A DNA stretch of 63,896 nucleotides, the filler included, from Hausera hauseri (lineage: Eukaryota), in NCBI GenBank assembly GCA_046269625.1. It is 11 parts of 11 records of this genome, joined end to end, with 100 filler letters (N's around TTAATTAATTAA, not from the genome) between each part and the next. Parts side by side here need not be neighbours in the genome. Positions count along the whole stretch, not along the records: positions 59,894 to 63,896 come from JBJURY010826861.1; 10 more parts are not named here. One strand, written 5' to 3'. Below, in pieces: positions 63,631 through 63,896 of this stretch (its first letter is position 1; every line of letters starts with the position of its first letter). Made by a program: the position numbers and the translations under genes. Below the pieces are notes generated by a model. It made no database searches. It was not told where the DNA came from and worked only from the letters and a program-made list of their open reading frames with translations.

Positions 63631-63896
63631 TATCATGTTGAATTAACAGTATTAAAATATACAAGAGAATGGATAATCCAGAACGGAAAAGTTGAAAAAT
63701 TATTGAAATTTTGTTTTTCAGAGTTTTAGAACCATTGCCTGTGATATTAGACGTTACACCATTCTAATGTCCCGTTTCCCAGTTTTCGAATAATATATAA
63801 GACATATGTGTGCAGTGATTATTCATGTGTGTAGAGACTGTGCAAAGTTGATAAAATGCGTTTTTGAGTCACATTTAACAGATTTTTCAATTTAGT

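Larger units (their letters stand above)
59894..63664 (-). mobile_element. Gypsy element 3' half: integrase C-terminus - membrane protein - pseudo-exonuclease - PPT - 3' LTR
   Basis: Complete order from the integrase GPY/F region to the LTR within one contig. Confidence 0.85.

Overview
Not a contiguous locus: 11 short eukaryotic contigs joined by artificial 100-bp linkers (44 N + TTAATTAATTAA + 44 N). All family assignments are by-eye motif recognition, not database searches, and most boundaries are approximate. Content is almost all repeats: a 9.4-kb 68-bp satellite; three decayed copies of a CsRN1-type (CHCC-gag) Ty3/Gypsy element with an extra ORF upstream of gag; Polinton/Maverick pieces (two pPolB fragments, three termini, an IAP-type RING mini-gene); RTE and I-group LINE fragments; a tRNA-derived SINE; mariner; a piggyBac end; a divergent UBR4 fragment; and one compositionally distinct, fish-like contig with a deleted DIRS1 element (possible host DNA). 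The main discovery is a second Gypsy lineage recoverable only by comparing four contigs (9.5-10.8, 28.6-30.4, 44.2-49.3, 59.9-63.7 kb). After integrase it carries a signal-peptide/FN3-like/TM membrane protein. Next comes a conserved non-coding block ending in a splice acceptor, then an accessory protein with a REX/ISG20-type DEDDh exonuclease fold lacking catalytic residues, followed by a C3HC4 RING (two copies) or a SUMO-interacting motif (one copy). PPT and LTR follow in two copies. This resembles a complex-retrovirus layout. All copies are frameshifted, and real decay cannot be separated from assembly error here.
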